Source: Candidatus Dojkabacteria bacterium (GTDB lineage: Archaea; Nanobdellota; Nanobdellia; Pacearchaeales; GW2011-AR1). From it: DNA of 45,137 bases. Shown here piece by piece: positions 9,621 to 20,197 of the stretch. The stretch spans positions 1 through 45,137 of the forward strand of contig JAFCCB010000002.1 of the NCBI GenBank assembly GCA_017610445.1, written 5' to 3'. Within the stretch, counting starts at the first letter, position 1; each line of letters begins with the position of its first letter. Position numbers and translations under genes: made by a program. The notes under the pieces are model-generated. The model made no database searches. It saw only the letters and a list, made by a program, of their open reading frames with translations, and had not been told where the DNA came from.

Positions 9621-10892
9621 TTATTCTCCTTTAAACTCCACCAAACTAAAAACTTTCCATTTTTTTAATTTCTCGCGTCCACCTAAATCAGGCAAATCAA
9701 TAATAAAAGCAATTTCATAAATCTGCCCGCTCAATCTTTCAATCAAATTCGCAGAAGCACAGGCTGTCCCGCCAGTTGCAATCAAATCGTCAACAAGCAA
9801 AACTTTCTGCCCTTTTTGAATAGCATCTTTATGAATCTCAACTTTATCTGTTCCATATTCTAAAGAATATTCCTCACTTTCAGTTTCATAAGGCAACTTG
9901 CCAGGTTTTCTAATTGGAATAAAACCAACACCAAGCTTATTAGCCAAAACCCCTCCAATAATAAAACCTCTTGCTTCAATTCCTGCAACAACTTCAATTC
10001 CTTTATCCTTGTATCTATTATAAAAAATATTAATAACCTTATCAAAACTTTCTTTATCTCCTAAAAGAGTTGTAATGTCTCTAAACATAATTCCTTGTTT
10101 TGGAAAATCAGGGATTGTTCTTATTTTACTTTTAATAAATTCTGAATCTCTATTCGCAATTTTAGGCACAACCTTCAAAATTAATTGTTTAACTTTATCT
10201 GCATTCTCCTTCATTCTTTGTTTAATCATTTCCCATGTAACAGACTTCTCATCTTTTTTCCAGCAGTCATAATCAGTAACAATAGCAATTGTTTGATAAG
10301 GAATACCTGCTTCTTTTGCTAAACTACATTCAGGAACAGCAGTCATGCCAATAATATCTGCAAAATTTCTAAACATAAAACTTTCAGAACGGGTAGAAAA
10401 TCTCGGCCCTTCAATAACAAGAATTGTAGCCCAATCATGTTTTCTAAAACCAAATTCACCAACAGCATTAACTAAAATCCTCCTCAACTCTTTTGAAAAA
10501 GGATTAACCATTTCAGTATGCTTAATCTCTCCAATCTCATCATAAAAACTCAATTTTCGGGATTTAGTAAAATCAATAAATTGATTAGGAAAAACAAAAT
10601 CCCCTGGCTTGATTTTTTCTTTTAAAGAACCAACAGCGCTTGTTGCTAAAATATGTGTACATCCTAAAATTTTAAGAGCGGCAATATTTGCTCTATAATT
10701 TATCTGGCTTGGAGGAATTTTATGATTTTTGCCATGCCGTGCAAGAACACAAATATCAACACCAGAAATCTTACCAAGAATAATTTTAGAACTTGGTTTC
10801 CCATATTTTGTTTCAACCTCTTTCTCCTCATAATTAGAAATTAACTCAGGATTATCTAATCCGCTCCCACCTATTATTCCTATTTTTACCAT
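9621..10892 (-). CDS. mtnP-apt: fusion of 5'-methylthioadenosine phosphorylase (N-terminal ~245 aa) and adenine phosphoribosyltransferase (C-terminal ~170 aa)
   Basis: [22 protein letters not shown] and VTDYDCW (MTAP); [31 protein letters not shown] and [10 protein letters not shown] (APRT), all in one frame. Confidence 0.92.
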   Translation of the reverse strand: MVKIGIIGGSGLDNPELISNYEEKEVETKYGKPSSKIILGKISGVDICVLARHGKNHKIPPSQINYRANIAALKILGCTHILATSAVGSLKEKIKPGDFVFPNQFIDFTKSRKLSFYDEIGEIKHTEMVNPFSKELRRILVNAVGEFGFRKHDWATILVIEGPRFSTRSESFMFRNFADIIGMTAVPECSLAKEAGIPYQTIAIVTDYDCWKKDEKSVTWEMIKQRMKENADKVKQLILKVVPKIANRDSEFIKSKIRTIPDFPKQGIMFRDITTLLGDKESFDKVINIFYNRYKDKGIEVVAGIEARGFIIGGVLANKLGVGFIPIRKPGKLPYETESEEYSLEYGTDKVEIHKDAIQKGQKVLLVDDLIATGGTACASANLIERLSGQIYEIAFIIDLPDLGGREKLKKWKVFSLVEFKGE

Positions 10893-11046
10893 AAAAAAGA
10901 ACTATCAAATAAATTTAAAAGCATATGTGAGAATTAAAATAATCATTAATAATATCAATAATCTATAAAATATCAAGCTATAAAAAAACAGAGGCTCAAG
11001 TTTAAAAATCAATAAAATATTAAAACTAATAAATATTAATAATAAA

Positions 11047-11997
11047 ATGGACTACCAGCCAAAACCTCTTTTCATAAAAAGAATAACAGCCCTGCTCAAA
11101 GATAAAGCAGATACAAAACAATTCTTTGAAACAGCAAAAACCAAACCAAAAAAATCAATTAGAGTTAACACCCTTAAAATCCAACCAGAAAAATTAAAAC
11201 AAAAACTTGAAGCAAAAGGCTGGAAGCTCAAACAAATTCTGCCAAATGCTTTCCAAATACAATCACAGCTTAAACCAGGAGAATTAGGAAAAACAAAAGA
11301 ACATTTGTTAGGATATTATTATGTTCAGGAAATTACAAGCATGATGCCTATTCTAGCTTTAAATCCAAAACCAAACAACATAATCCTTGATCTTTGTGCA
11401 GCGCCAGGTTCAAAAACAACACAAACAGCAGAATTAATGCAAAATCAAGGAACAATAATCGCAAATGATTTAACAATTGGAAGAATTGCAATTTTATCTG
11501 CAAATTTAGAAAGATGCGGAATTACAAATACAATAATCACAAGACACGATGGACTGCAGTTAATAAAAATTCTCAAAAAATTAAACATGAAATTTGATAA
11601 AATTCTCATTGATGCTCCTTGCTCAGGTGAAGGAAACATCAGAACCTCTCCAAAAACATATTTAGAATGGAATGAAAATATTTTGAAGAAATTTTCAAAT
11701 AAACAAAAAAAATTAGCATCAGCTTCTATTCAACTACTTAAACCAAACAGCGAAATGATTTACTCAACATGCACTTATGCACCAGAGGAAAATGAAGAAG
11801 TAATCCAATATCTTTTAGATAACAATCCAAATATAGAAATCCAAGAAATCACATTACCAATAAAATCCCGCCCAGGAATAACAAAATGGAAAAACAAAAC
11901 CTTCTCAAATGAATTAAAAAAAGCACATAGAATCTACCATCATGACAATAATATGGAGGGATTTTTTGTTTGTAAAATAAAAAAATTATCTGATTAA
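11047..11997 (+). CDS. RsmB/NOP2-family RNA m5C methyltransferase
   Basis: LDLCAAPGSKT, DAPCSG, YSTCT, ENE and GFF motifs. Confidence 0.95.
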   Translation: MDYQPKPLFIKRITALLKDKADTKQFFETAKTKPKKSIRVNTLKIQPEKLKQKLEAKGWKLKQILPNAFQIQSQLKPGELGKTKEHLLGYYYVQEITSMMPILALNPKPNNIILDLCAAPGSKTTQTAELMQNQGTIIANDLTIGRIAILSANLERCGITNTIITRHDGLQLIKILKKLNMKFDKILIDAPCSGEGNIRTSPKTYLEWNENILKKFSNKQKKLASASIQLLKPNSEMIYSTCTYAPEENEEVIQYLLDNNPNIEIQEITLPIKSRPGITKWKNKTFSNELKKAHRIYHHDNNMEGFFVCKIKKLSD

Positions 11998-12016
11998 TAA
12001 ACTAATATCAATAACT

Positions 12017-12074
12017 AATAAAATGTTAAACTGCACAAATAAAATGTTAAACTGCACAAATAAAATGTTAAACT
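12017..12074. repeat. 21-bp tandem repeat, ~2.8 copies (aataaaatgttaaactgcaca)
   Basis: Directly visible perfect copies with no spacers. Confidence 0.9.
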
Positions 12075-12126
12075 ACTCATCAAATCAACTCAAATCTTTA
12101 AATAAATATTAATTAATAAAAATAAA

Positions 12127-12570
12127 ATGAAAATCATCCGCTCATCAGAAAAAAAGAAAATATTAAGACAATTAAAAGAACAGTTTGGAATAATCAAACT
12201 ACCTTATCTTTTGTTAAGATTTGGTAAAGAAAAATTAAGAGCATATTCTGGAAATTTATCAACAGAAGAACTAAATACATTAGATAAAAATCTTAGAATT
12301 GAAAATATAGGACTTTATTTTGCAAAACAGCAAACAGATGGAATAAGATTAACTTTAGATGGCACACAACTTTTCAAAAATCAAACAACAAAAAACATTC
12401 TAAACCTTAATAATAAACAAGCACAAGAATGGCTTAGAGGAAATGATTTAGATATTAAAACAAACAAGAGTTTTAAAATTTTCAAATACAATAATGAATT
12501 TTTAGGTTGCGGAAAATCAACAGGTGAAAAAATTACAAACTTCATTTCAAAAGAACGGAGAGTAAAATAA
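12127..12570 (+). CDS. NIP7/RsmF C-terminal PUA-like RNA-binding protein
   Basis: GLYFAK...IRLTLDG, EWLRGNDL, FLGCGK and NFISKERR; follows the m5C methyltransferase. Confidence 0.75.
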   Translation: MKIIRSSEKKKILRQLKEQFGIIKLPYLLLRFGKEKLRAYSGNLSTEELNTLDKNLRIENIGLYFAKQQTDGIRLTLDGTQLFKNQTTKNILNLNNKQAQEWLRGNDLDIKTNKSFKIFKYNNEFLGCGKSTGEKITNFISKERRVK

Positions 12571-13710
12571 TTATTTTTTATTTTTCTTTTCTTTATTTTT
12601 CTTTTCTTTATTTTCCTTTATCTTTCTTAATTCCTCTGCGCCACTTTCTCTAAATTTTTCTTCATCTCCATTAGAGTTATCCCAAAGCTTTATTATTTTT
12701 TTTGCTTCCATCCCCTGTTCTATTAATTTTTTTGAAATTTCACCCATTTCTTCATTCTTCAATAAAGTATCTTTAATACATTCTTGTTCAATAAATTCCT
12801 GCAATCTCCCAGGAACCTTATATGAATGATAAAATTTTTTTAAAACTCCCTCTTTAGTCCTTTTTAAAATCCCCACATCATGAACATCCACCCTTGTATA
12901 AAAAGTAGATTGTTCAGCTAATTTCCCAGAAATATCTGGTTGCAAAGTAATCATTGCCTCTGGTTTATATTTAACAAAATGAATAACCCGCTCTTTATTT
13001 TTTCCATCAACTATAATAGTTTCATAATCCACTTCTTCAGGCGTAACAAAAAATTTTTTCATGCCTTTAACAAATTTTGAATTAATTGAATCTTTTAAAA
13101 CTTTAAAATAACTCTTTCCCTTTATTTCATCATTATTAAAATAAAATTTGTTCTCAAATTCAGGGGTGGCTACTAAAATCTTATCTAATCCTTTTATAAC
13201 AACATAACTTAGTTTAGCATCACCTTCTTTAGCCCGCTCTATAATAAATTTTTCATGTTCAATAATGCAGTTTTCACAAACTTTTTTATAAGAGCGCTGC
13301 AATCTATGCATTACTCTATTCTGTTGCCCGCATAAATTCTCTAATTCAGAATTTCTTCTTTCTAATTTACCACATTTAGATTCTAATTCCTCACATTTTT
13401 TAATTTTGTTTTTTTGTTCTTTAACTTTATTAGCTAAATCATCTACTCTTTCATTTAAACATCCAATTTCAGAACGCAAATTATTATTTTCATTAAAATA
13501 AGCAGTATTAAATTTAGCTAAAGAATTATAATTTTTTGTTTTAAAAGAACTATCTAAAAAATGCCCAGCTAAATATCCAAAATCTTTGACAATATCCCAG
13601 GAACTGCTAAAAATCCCACTAATCTCACCAATAACTCTTTTACAAGTCTTGCTAAAATCCACCAAATATTTTTTATATGCATCTCCTTCTTTCATAACAA
13701 AAAATACCAC
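12571..13710 (-). CDS. coiled-coil protein with a putative PAS-like domain
   Basis: Heptad region at aa ~75-150; ILVATPEFENKFYFNNDEIKGKSYFKVL resembles the PAS core. Confidence 0.55.
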   Translation of the reverse strand: MVFFVMKEGDAYKKYLVDFSKTCKRVIGEISGIFSSSWDIVKDFGYLAGHFLDSSFKTKNYNSLAKFNTAYFNENNNLRSEIGCLNERVDDLANKVKEQKNKIKKCEELESKCGKLERRNSELENLCGQQNRVMHRLQRSYKKVCENCIIEHEKFIIERAKEGDAKLSYVVIKGLDKILVATPEFENKFYFNNDEIKGKSYFKVLKDSINSKFVKGMKKFFVTPEEVDYETIIVDGKNKERVIHFVKYKPEAMITLQPDISGKLAEQSTFYTRVDVHDVGILKRTKEGVLKKFYHSYKVPGRLQEFIEQECIKDTLLKNEEMGEISKKLIEQGMEAKKIIKLWDNSNGDEEKFRESGAEELRKIKENKEKKNKEKKNKK

Positions 13711-13860
13711 TCATCTATTTTTAAAACTTTATATACCCTAAAAAACTCAAAAATCATCAATAACTTTAAAAACCCCTTTCCAAATTTGTCCTGCTAAATC
13801 CCAATAGATAATCAAGCTAAAAACACAACATTTTTTAAATTACCAATTACAAATAAAAAT

Positions 13861-14757
13861 ATGAACCAACAAGAAATCTTAAACTACAAACAAGCAGGTA
13901 AAATATCAATAGAAATCAAAAAATATGCAAGACAATTAATAAAACCAGGGATGCCTTTATTAGAAATCGCGCAAAAAATTCATAAACAAATAGAAAAACA
14001 AGGAGCACTAGCTGCTTTTCCAGTTAATCTTTCTGTAGATGACATAGCAGCACATTACCACCCAACATTAGAAGATGAAACAAAAGCACAAGGCTTATTA
14101 AAAATTGATGTAGGAATTTCCATAAACGGATTTATTGCAGACACTGCATTCTCAATGGACTTAACACCAAATCAGGAACATAAAGAATTAATCAAAGCCA
14201 GTGAACAGGCATTAAATAATGTTTTAAACTCCTTAAAACAAAACCAGGATTTAACATTAAATGAAATTGGCGAAACAATACAAAACACAATTGAAAAAAA
14301 AGGATTTTCACCAGTTATAAATCTTTCAGGACATGGTTTAAATAAATATGAAATTCATACCTCCCCATCAATTCCAAATTATGCAAATGGAAATAATAAA
14401 AAATTAGAAGACGGAGCTTATGCTTGCGAACCTTTTGCAACAACCGGCATTGGCAAAATTTATGAAGGAGCACCCAGCAATATTTTTCAAATCATCGAAC
14501 CAAAAAACACCAGAAGCCCAACAGCAAGAAAAATTTTTGATTATATCTGGAAAAAATACAAACTTCTTCCTTTTTCACTAAGAGAAATTCAAGAAAAATT
14601 TGGTTCAGGAACAGCAAGGATAGCATTAAAAGAACTTGAGCAGGCAGGAATAACTAGAAACTTCGCGCAATTAATTGAAAAATCCCACAAACCAGTTTCA
14701 CAAACAGAACATACTTTTATAAAAAAAGATAATGAGATTATTGTTACAACAAGATAA
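13861..14757 (+). CDS. map: methionine aminopeptidase type II
   Basis: AFPVN, AAHYHP, KIDVG, IADTAF, LSGH, EPFAT and QTEHT motifs. Confidence 0.96.
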   Translation: MNQQEILNYKQAGKISIEIKKYARQLIKPGMPLLEIAQKIHKQIEKQGALAAFPVNLSVDDIAAHYHPTLEDETKAQGLLKIDVGISINGFIADTAFSMDLTPNQEHKELIKASEQALNNVLNSLKQNQDLTLNEIGETIQNTIEKKGFSPVINLSGHGLNKYEIHTSPSIPNYANGNNKKLEDGAYACEPFATTGIGKIYEGAPSNIFQIIEPKNTRSPTARKIFDYIWKKYKLLPFSLREIQEKFGSGTARIALKELEQAGITRNFAQLIEKSHKPVSQTEHTFIKKDNEIIVTTR

Positions 14758-14759
14758 TT

Positions 14760-14915
14760 ATGACATCCTCTCCACACTAAAGTGTGAAGTTTCCTTTTTA
14801 ATATCTGTTTACAATTTTTAGCTACACAAAACAGAGCTTAAGCTTCTCATCTACATATCTCAAAGTTTTGCACATTATTGATACCATATCATAAATGATA
14901 TGGATTTCTTCTGCA
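14760..14915 (-). mobile_element. non-autonomous IS200/IS605-type miniature element (PATE-like), copy 1
   Basis: Minus strand: left end TGCAGAAGAAATCCATATCA-TTTA-TGATATGG; right end GGAAACTTCACAC-TTTA-GTGTGGAGAGGATGTCAT. A second copy is at 40910-41061. Confidence 0.75.
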
Positions 14916-15093
14916 TTTAAAAAACAATTAATTCTATCACCAAAACCCTTAAATATTATAATACATTATAATAATATCCAAAAAAAACATTGACAGGTGA
15001 AGATACCACATAAAAAACAATTACAAAATTTGAAAAAGAGCTTAGAATTAAATAAATCTAATTTCCCAAAATAATAAACAATAAATATGCACA

Positions 15094-15213
15094 ATGAAAT
15101 TAACTTGGAATAAAATATTTGCAATACTTGTTTTAATCTTATTCTTTGGAACAGTTATTGCTGTTGCAGTTATTAATATTGCAAATAGATTTATCTTGGA
15201 AAAGACGCCTTAA
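15094..15213 (+). CDS. 39-aa single-TM peptide (not in the ORF track)
   Basis: MKLTWNKIFAILVLILFFGTVIAVAVINIANRFILEKTP*. Confidence 0.5.
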   Translation: MKLTWNKIFAILVLILFFGTVIAVAVINIANRFILEKTP

Positions 15214-15233
15214 ATAGATTAGTAATATATAAA

Positions 15234-17453
15234 TTATTTTTTCCCCTTACTTTTTTTAGAGCCAGATAAACTCTTAGGTAACCTCTTAGGTAACCCTTTA
15301 GGAAGGCTCTTAACCAAATCCTCAATCACTTTACCTTTATTTTCACTCACACTTTTAAATGCTTCATCAAAATCATCTTTTGAGATTTTTAAAATCACTT
15401 TTTTATTAGTAGATTTATAATATCTCTTAATTGCATTCATTCCAGCAGTTCTGCAAATCATTTCAATATCTGCACCAGTCCATCCATCTGACTTATTAAC
15501 ATAATTTAAAATCTTAATTGATTTATCCAAAGGCATATTTCTCACATGAACCTCAAAAATCTTTTTTCTTGTTTCTTTATCTGGGATTTTCAATTCAACA
15601 TGAGTATCAATCCTGCCTGCTCTTAATAATGACTCATCGATAAGATCTTTTCTATTTGTCGCTGCAATAACTATAACTTTTTCTAATTCCTCAACACCAT
15701 CTAACTCGCTTAACAGCTGATTAACAACTTTTTCAGTAGAATCATTTAAAGAACTTCCTCTTGCTTTTGAAATTGAATCAAACTCATCAAAAAAAATTAT
15801 TGCAGGAGCAACCTGTCTTGCTTTTTTAAATACCTCTCTAATATGTTTTTCAGACTCTCCAACCCATTTGCTGATTAATTCAGGTCCTTTAACAGAAATG
15901 AAATTTGCATTTGCTTCTGTCGCAACTGCTTTTGCCAATAATGTCTTGCCTGTTCCAGAAGGTCCGCTTAATAAAATTCCTTTTGAAGGTTTAATCCCTG
16001 CTTTCTTAAATAAATCAGGCCTTAGCAAAGGCAGCTCTACTAACTCTCTCAACTTTGATTTAACTTCTTCCAACCCGCCAACATCATTCCACCTGACATT
16101 TGGCTTGTCAATTAAAACCTCTCTCATTGCAGATGGTTCAACCATTCTTATTGCATCAACAAAATTTTCACGAGTAACTTTGATTTTATCTAAGATTTCA
16201 GTAGGAACTCTGTCCTGCAAATTTTTTAATTTAGAAAAATATGGTTTAATCGCCTTTAAAGCAGCCTCTTTACTCAAAACTTCAACATCTGCGCCAGTAT
16301 AGCCAATTGTTTTCCTGGCAATTTCATTAAAATCAACATCCTTTGCCAAAGGCATTCCTCTTGTATGAATTCTTAAAATCTCTTTTCTGCCTTCTTCATT
16401 TGGGGGATCTATTTTTAATTCTCTGTCAAATCTCCCAGGACGTCTTAATGCCCCGTCAACATCTTCAGGACGATTTGTAGCAGCCATAACAACAACCTGC
16501 CCTCTTGATTTTAACCCATCCATTAAAGTCAAAAGCTGAGCAACAACTCTTTTTTCTGTTTGGTCTATTCCCTCAGCCCTTTTAGGTGCAATAGAATCAA
16601 TCTCATCAATAAAAATAATCGAAGGTGCATTCTTGCCTGCTTTCTCAAAAATTTCCCTGATATGTTTTTCAGACTCACCATAATACTTTGACATAATTTC
16701 TGGTCCTGCAATTGAATAAAAATTAGAATCTGTTTCAGTCGCAACTGCTTTTGCCAATAATGTCTTTCCTGTTCCAGGAGGTCCTGTTAATAAAATACCT
16801 TTTGGAGCACCAACACCTAATTTCTCAAAAATCTCTGGATTTTTCATCGGCAATTCCACCATTTCTCTGATTAACTCAATTTCATTTTTCAATCCACCAA
16901 TATCCTCATAACTAATTCCAGTTGCATTCAATTCTCCAGAAACAACTTCATCAGAAATAATTAGTTTTGTAGAAGGTGTTACAATAACATAACCTTTAGG
17001 CGAAACCTTTGAAACAACATAATTTAACCTGTTTCCAAAAACATCAATTACTGTTTTCTGTCCTGCAAATAATGGTTTATCTAATAATTTATTATGAAAA
17101 TATTCAGTTGGGTCATCGCTAAATCTAATCCCTTCCTGAGTGGGAGCCAATGTAATATTTTTTGCTTTATCAATTTTAACAGAATTTAAGATAATTTTTT
17201 CTCCAATAGATACACCAATATTAGAACGAGTAGTTCCATCTAAACGAATTACCTCTCCATTATCCTTGCTAATAGCCCTCATAACTTTAATAACTCCTGC
17301 AGATTTCTTTTTTATTTCTACAATATTCCCTGAAACTAATCCCAGAGAATTCATAACTTTTGAAGGAATTCTTGCAATTCCTTTGTCTATATCTTCCTGC
17401 AAAGATTCTATAACTGCTAATTCAATTTTTTGTTTTGATTTTTCTTTTGCCAT
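15234..17453 (-). CDS. cdc48: CDC48/VAT AAA+ ATPase, paralog 2
   Basis: N-domain plus two AAA modules ([23 protein letters not shown]; GPSGTGKT, FFDEFD); basic C-terminal tail. Confidence 0.95.
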   Translation of the reverse strand: MAKEKSKQKIELAVIESLQEDIDKGIARIPSKVMNSLGLVSGNIVEIKKKSAGVIKVMRAISKDNGEVIRLDGTTRSNIGVSIGEKIILNSVKIDKAKNITLAPTQEGIRFSDDPTEYFHNKLLDKPLFAGQKTVIDVFGNRLNYVVSKVSPKGYVIVTPSTKLIISDEVVSGELNATGISYEDIGGLKNEIELIREMVELPMKNPEIFEKLGVGAPKGILLTGPPGTGKTLLAKAVATETDSNFYSIAGPEIMSKYYGESEKHIREIFEKAGKNAPSIIFIDEIDSIAPKRAEGIDQTEKRVVAQLLTLMDGLKSRGQVVVMAATNRPEDVDGALRRPGRFDRELKIDPPNEEGRKEILRIHTRGMPLAKDVDFNEIARKTIGYTGADVEVLSKEAALKAIKPYFSKLKNLQDRVPTEILDKIKVTRENFVDAIRMVEPSAMREVLIDKPNVRWNDVGGLEEVKSKLRELVELPLLRPDLFKKAGIKPSKGILLSGPSGTGKTLLAKAVATEANANFISVKGPELISKWVGESEKHIREVFKKARQVAPAIIFFDEFDSISKARGSSLNDSTEKVVNQLLSELDGVEELEKVIVIAATNRKDLIDESLLRAGRIDTHVELKIPDKETRKKIFEVHVRNMPLDKSIKILNYVNKSDGWTGADIEMICRTAGMNAIKRYYKSTNKKVILKISKDDFDEAFKSVSENKGKVIEDLVKSLPKGLPKRLPKSLSGSKKSKGKK

Positions 17454-17506
17454 TTTTCTACCTTAGTTTTTCTACTCATAAATTTCTTTTTTCTAATTTA
17501 GTTTCT

Positions 17507-17890
17507 TTATCTTTTATTAAATGTAATTTCTAAAACTCCATTTTTAATAGTATATTTAAATTTTTTAGGATTAATAAATCTCGGGAGTGTTTTTTGAACA
17601 CTAATTCCCTGATTTAATTTTTCAGAAAAATAAGATTGTATTTTTTCTAATGAATGTTTTTTAGCTTTAACCTGAAGTTCTCTGCCTTTAACACTAACAA
17701 AAATATCTCCCTCCTCATAACCAGGAAATTCAAAAATAAGATAAACATAATTTTCATCTTCAATAAAATCAATAACTCTTTCTTCTTTTTCACCGCTAAT
17801 AATAGTATTACTTCGTTTATTTGGAACACTATTTCCTCCAAAAAATTCTCTTACAATATCTTCAAATGGATCATCATCAAAAAATCCCAT
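17507..17890 (-). CDS. small heat-shock protein (Hsp20/alpha-crystallin-like)
   Basis: FFDDDPFEDI N-terminus, EFPG, and KNGVLEITF signature. Confidence 0.85.
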   Translation of the reverse strand: MGFFDDDPFEDIVREFFGGNSVPNKRSNTIISGEKEERVIDFIEDENYVYLIFEFPGYEEGDIFVSVKGRELQVKAKKHSLEKIQSYFSEKLNQGISVQKTLPRFINPKKFKYTIKNGVLEITFNKR

Positions 17891-17908
17891 TTTTTGCCAT
17901 ATTTAAAT

Positions 17909-20197
17909 TTAACCCAGATACCCAACTGGTTGCTCTAAAGATGCTTTAGCACTCCTTAAATATTCCTGCTCTATTCTTTTATATTTCTCATTATCTGATT
18001 TTGTAACTGAAGCAGACATTTTTTTCAAAGCATCATTAAAATTTTCCATTTTAACTTCCTTGCTGTCAATATCCTTTCTTAAAGCAAGCATTGCTGCTTC
18101 GCGGACAAGAGCTTCCATGTCAGCCCCTACAAAACCACTTGTTTTTTCAATAATTTGATTTACTCTAACATCTTTTGCCAAAGGCATATTCTTAGTGTGA
18201 ATTTTAAAAATTTGTTTTCTGCCTTCTTCTGTCGGAGCAGGAGTTAATAAAATCCTGTCAAATCTTCCAGGACGAAGCAAAGCACTATCTAACATATCAG
18301 GACGATTTGTCGCGCCAATTACGATAACACTGCTTAAATCTTCAATACCATCCATTTCAGCAAGCAACTGGTTTAAAACTCTCTCAGTAACTTTTGTTCC
18401 TGTTTCCAATCCTCTTTTGCCTGCTAAAGAATCAATTTCATCAAAGAAAATAATACAAGGAGAAACCTGCCTTGCCCTTTCAAATATTTTTCTCACACCT
18501 TCTTCTGATTTTCCAACCCACATGCTTAATAAAGAAGGCCCTTTAACCTGAATAAAATTTGCCTCACTTTCTTTAGCAACTGCTTTTGCCAACAATGTCT
18601 TGCCTGTTCCAGGCGGACCATAAAGTAAAATTCCTCTCGGAGCCCTAATCCCCAAACGAGTAAATGACTCAGGATATTTCAAAGGCCATTCAACAGCCTC
18701 TTTCAAATTTTGCTTGACTTCTTCCAATCCTCCAATATCCACCCAACTAATATTAGGTGTCTCAACCATAACTTCTCTCATCGCAGACGGACGAACAACT
18801 TTCAGAGCCTCTTGAAAATCTTTTTTCCTAACCCTAAGTTCTTTCAAAATTTCCTCTGGAATTGGCTCATCTTCTTTCAATTCTAATTTAGGAAGCAGTC
18901 TTCTTAAAACAATCATAGCAGATTCTTTTGCAAGAGCAGCAATATCAGCACCGACAAACCCATGAGTTATTCCAGCAAAATAATCTAAATTAACATCTTT
19001 TGTCAAGGGCATATTTCTTGTATGAATTTTCAAAATCTGCAATCTGCCATTTTTATCAGGAACTCTAAGCTCTACCTCTCTGTCAAATCTCCCAGGACGC
19101 CTTAACGCAGAATCAATAGCATTAGGACGATTAGTTGCACCAATAACAACAACCTTTCCCCTTGACTGCAAACCATCCATCATTGTTAATAATTGTGAAA
19201 CAACTCTCCTCTCAACCTCCCCCCCAACATCCTCTCTTTTAGGAGCAATAGCATCAATTTCATCAATAAAAATAATTGACGGAGAATTTTTCTCAGCCTC
19301 ATCAAAAATATCCCTAATTTTTTTCTCACTCTCTCCATAAAACTTGCTCATTACTTCTGGCCCATTTAACAAAATAAAATTTGCCTCTGATTCATTTGCA
19401 ACTGCCTTTGCCAGCAAAGTCTTTCCACACCCAGGAGGTCCATGCAATAAAACTCCTTTTGGTGGCTCAACACCTAATCTCTCAAAAATCTCAGGGTGCT
19501 TTAATGGAACTTCAACCATTTCCCTTACTTTTTTAACTTCTTCTTTCAATCCACCAATATCCTCATAAGTTACTTCAAGGATATTTTCTTTAGAAATCTC
19601 TACAGGTTTATTGCTAAAAACAACTTCTGTATTTTCAGTTATTATGCACGGAACAGAAGGATTTGTATTTACAATCAAAAATCTAATTTGTTGCAGTCCA
19701 CCTAAACCCATTCCTCCAAAAGCATCTCCAAAAACATCCCCAAAATTGCCAAATAAATTTTCTAAATCTTCTGACATTAAATCCCGTCTTCTTCTAACAC
19801 CCCCCAAAACAACAATATCTCCTTTTAAAACTGCTCTCCCTAATAAACCTGGCTTTAAATTTCCCTGAATCATAATTCCTCTTTGAGCAGGGGCAATAAT
19901 CACTTTTTTAGCTTCTTTAATATTTGCCTTTTTAACAATAACATTTTCAGAAACCCCTGTATGAGAATTTTTTCTGATAATTCCATCAATCCTAATTATT
20001 CCCTCGCCAACATCTGCAGGATAAGCCTTATCTGCAATTGCAACTGTCTCTTTTCCGCCTTTAATTAAAATAACATCTCCTCTTTTAATTCCCAATTCTT
20101 TCATAACTTCAAAATCAATTCTTGCAATGCCTTTGTATGCATCATCTTGAAGAGCTTCTGAGACTCTTAACTTAACTCCCTGATTTATGTTTATCAT
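17909..20197 (-). CDS. cdc48: CDC48/VAT AAA+ ATPase, paralog 1
   Basis: [13 protein letters not shown]-domain, [16 protein letters not shown] and two SRH motifs; C-terminal GYLG. Confidence 0.97.
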   Translation of the reverse strand: MININQGVKLRVSEALQDDAYKGIARIDFEVMKELGIKRGDVILIKGGKETVAIADKAYPADVGEGIIRIDGIIRKNSHTGVSENVIVKKANIKEAKKVIIAPAQRGIMIQGNLKPGLLGRAVLKGDIVVLGGVRRRRDLMSEDLENLFGNFGDVFGDAFGGMGLGGLQQIRFLIVNTNPSVPCIITENTEVVFSNKPVEISKENILEVTYEDIGGLKEEVKKVREMVEVPLKHPEIFERLGVEPPKGVLLHGPPGCGKTLLAKAVANESEANFILLNGPEVMSKFYGESEKKIRDIFDEAEKNSPSIIFIDEIDAIAPKREDVGGEVERRVVSQLLTMMDGLQSRGKVVVIGATNRPNAIDSALRRPGRFDREVELRVPDKNGRLQILKIHTRNMPLTKDVNLDYFAGITHGFVGADIAALAKESAMIVLRRLLPKLELKEDEPIPEEILKELRVRKKDFQEALKVVRPSAMREVMVETPNISWVDIGGLEEVKQNLKEAVEWPLKYPESFTRLGIRAPRGILLYGPPGTGKTLLAKAVAKESEANFIQVKGPSLLSMWVGKSEEGVRKIFERARQVSPCIIFFDEIDSLAGKRGLETGTKVTERVLNQLLAEMDGIEDLSSVIVIGATNRPDMLDSALLRPGRFDRILLTPAPTEEGRKQIFKIHTKNMPLAKDVRVNQIIEKTSGFVGADMEALVREAAMLALRKDIDSKEVKMENFNDALKKMSASVTKSDNEKYKRIEQEYLRSAKASLEQPVGYLG

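Noticed and set aside
12017-12074. Possible CRISPR array
   Set aside because: The repeats are directly adjacent with no spacers, and there are no cas genes. The same applies to 28112-28187 and 30277-30348.
15921-19410. Repeated DNA gcaactgcttttgccaa...tgtctt among the cdc48 genes
   Set aside because: Explained by conserved Walker A coding sequence in four AAA modules.
15868-19868. Antisense and alternative-frame ORFs in the track here and over other genes (e.g. 2026, 9860, 10075, 10345, 11445, 14589, 26587, 31137, 32217, 32599, 34297, 35789, 36790, 38370, 43834)
   Set aside because: They are shadows of well-supported genes and have no motifs.
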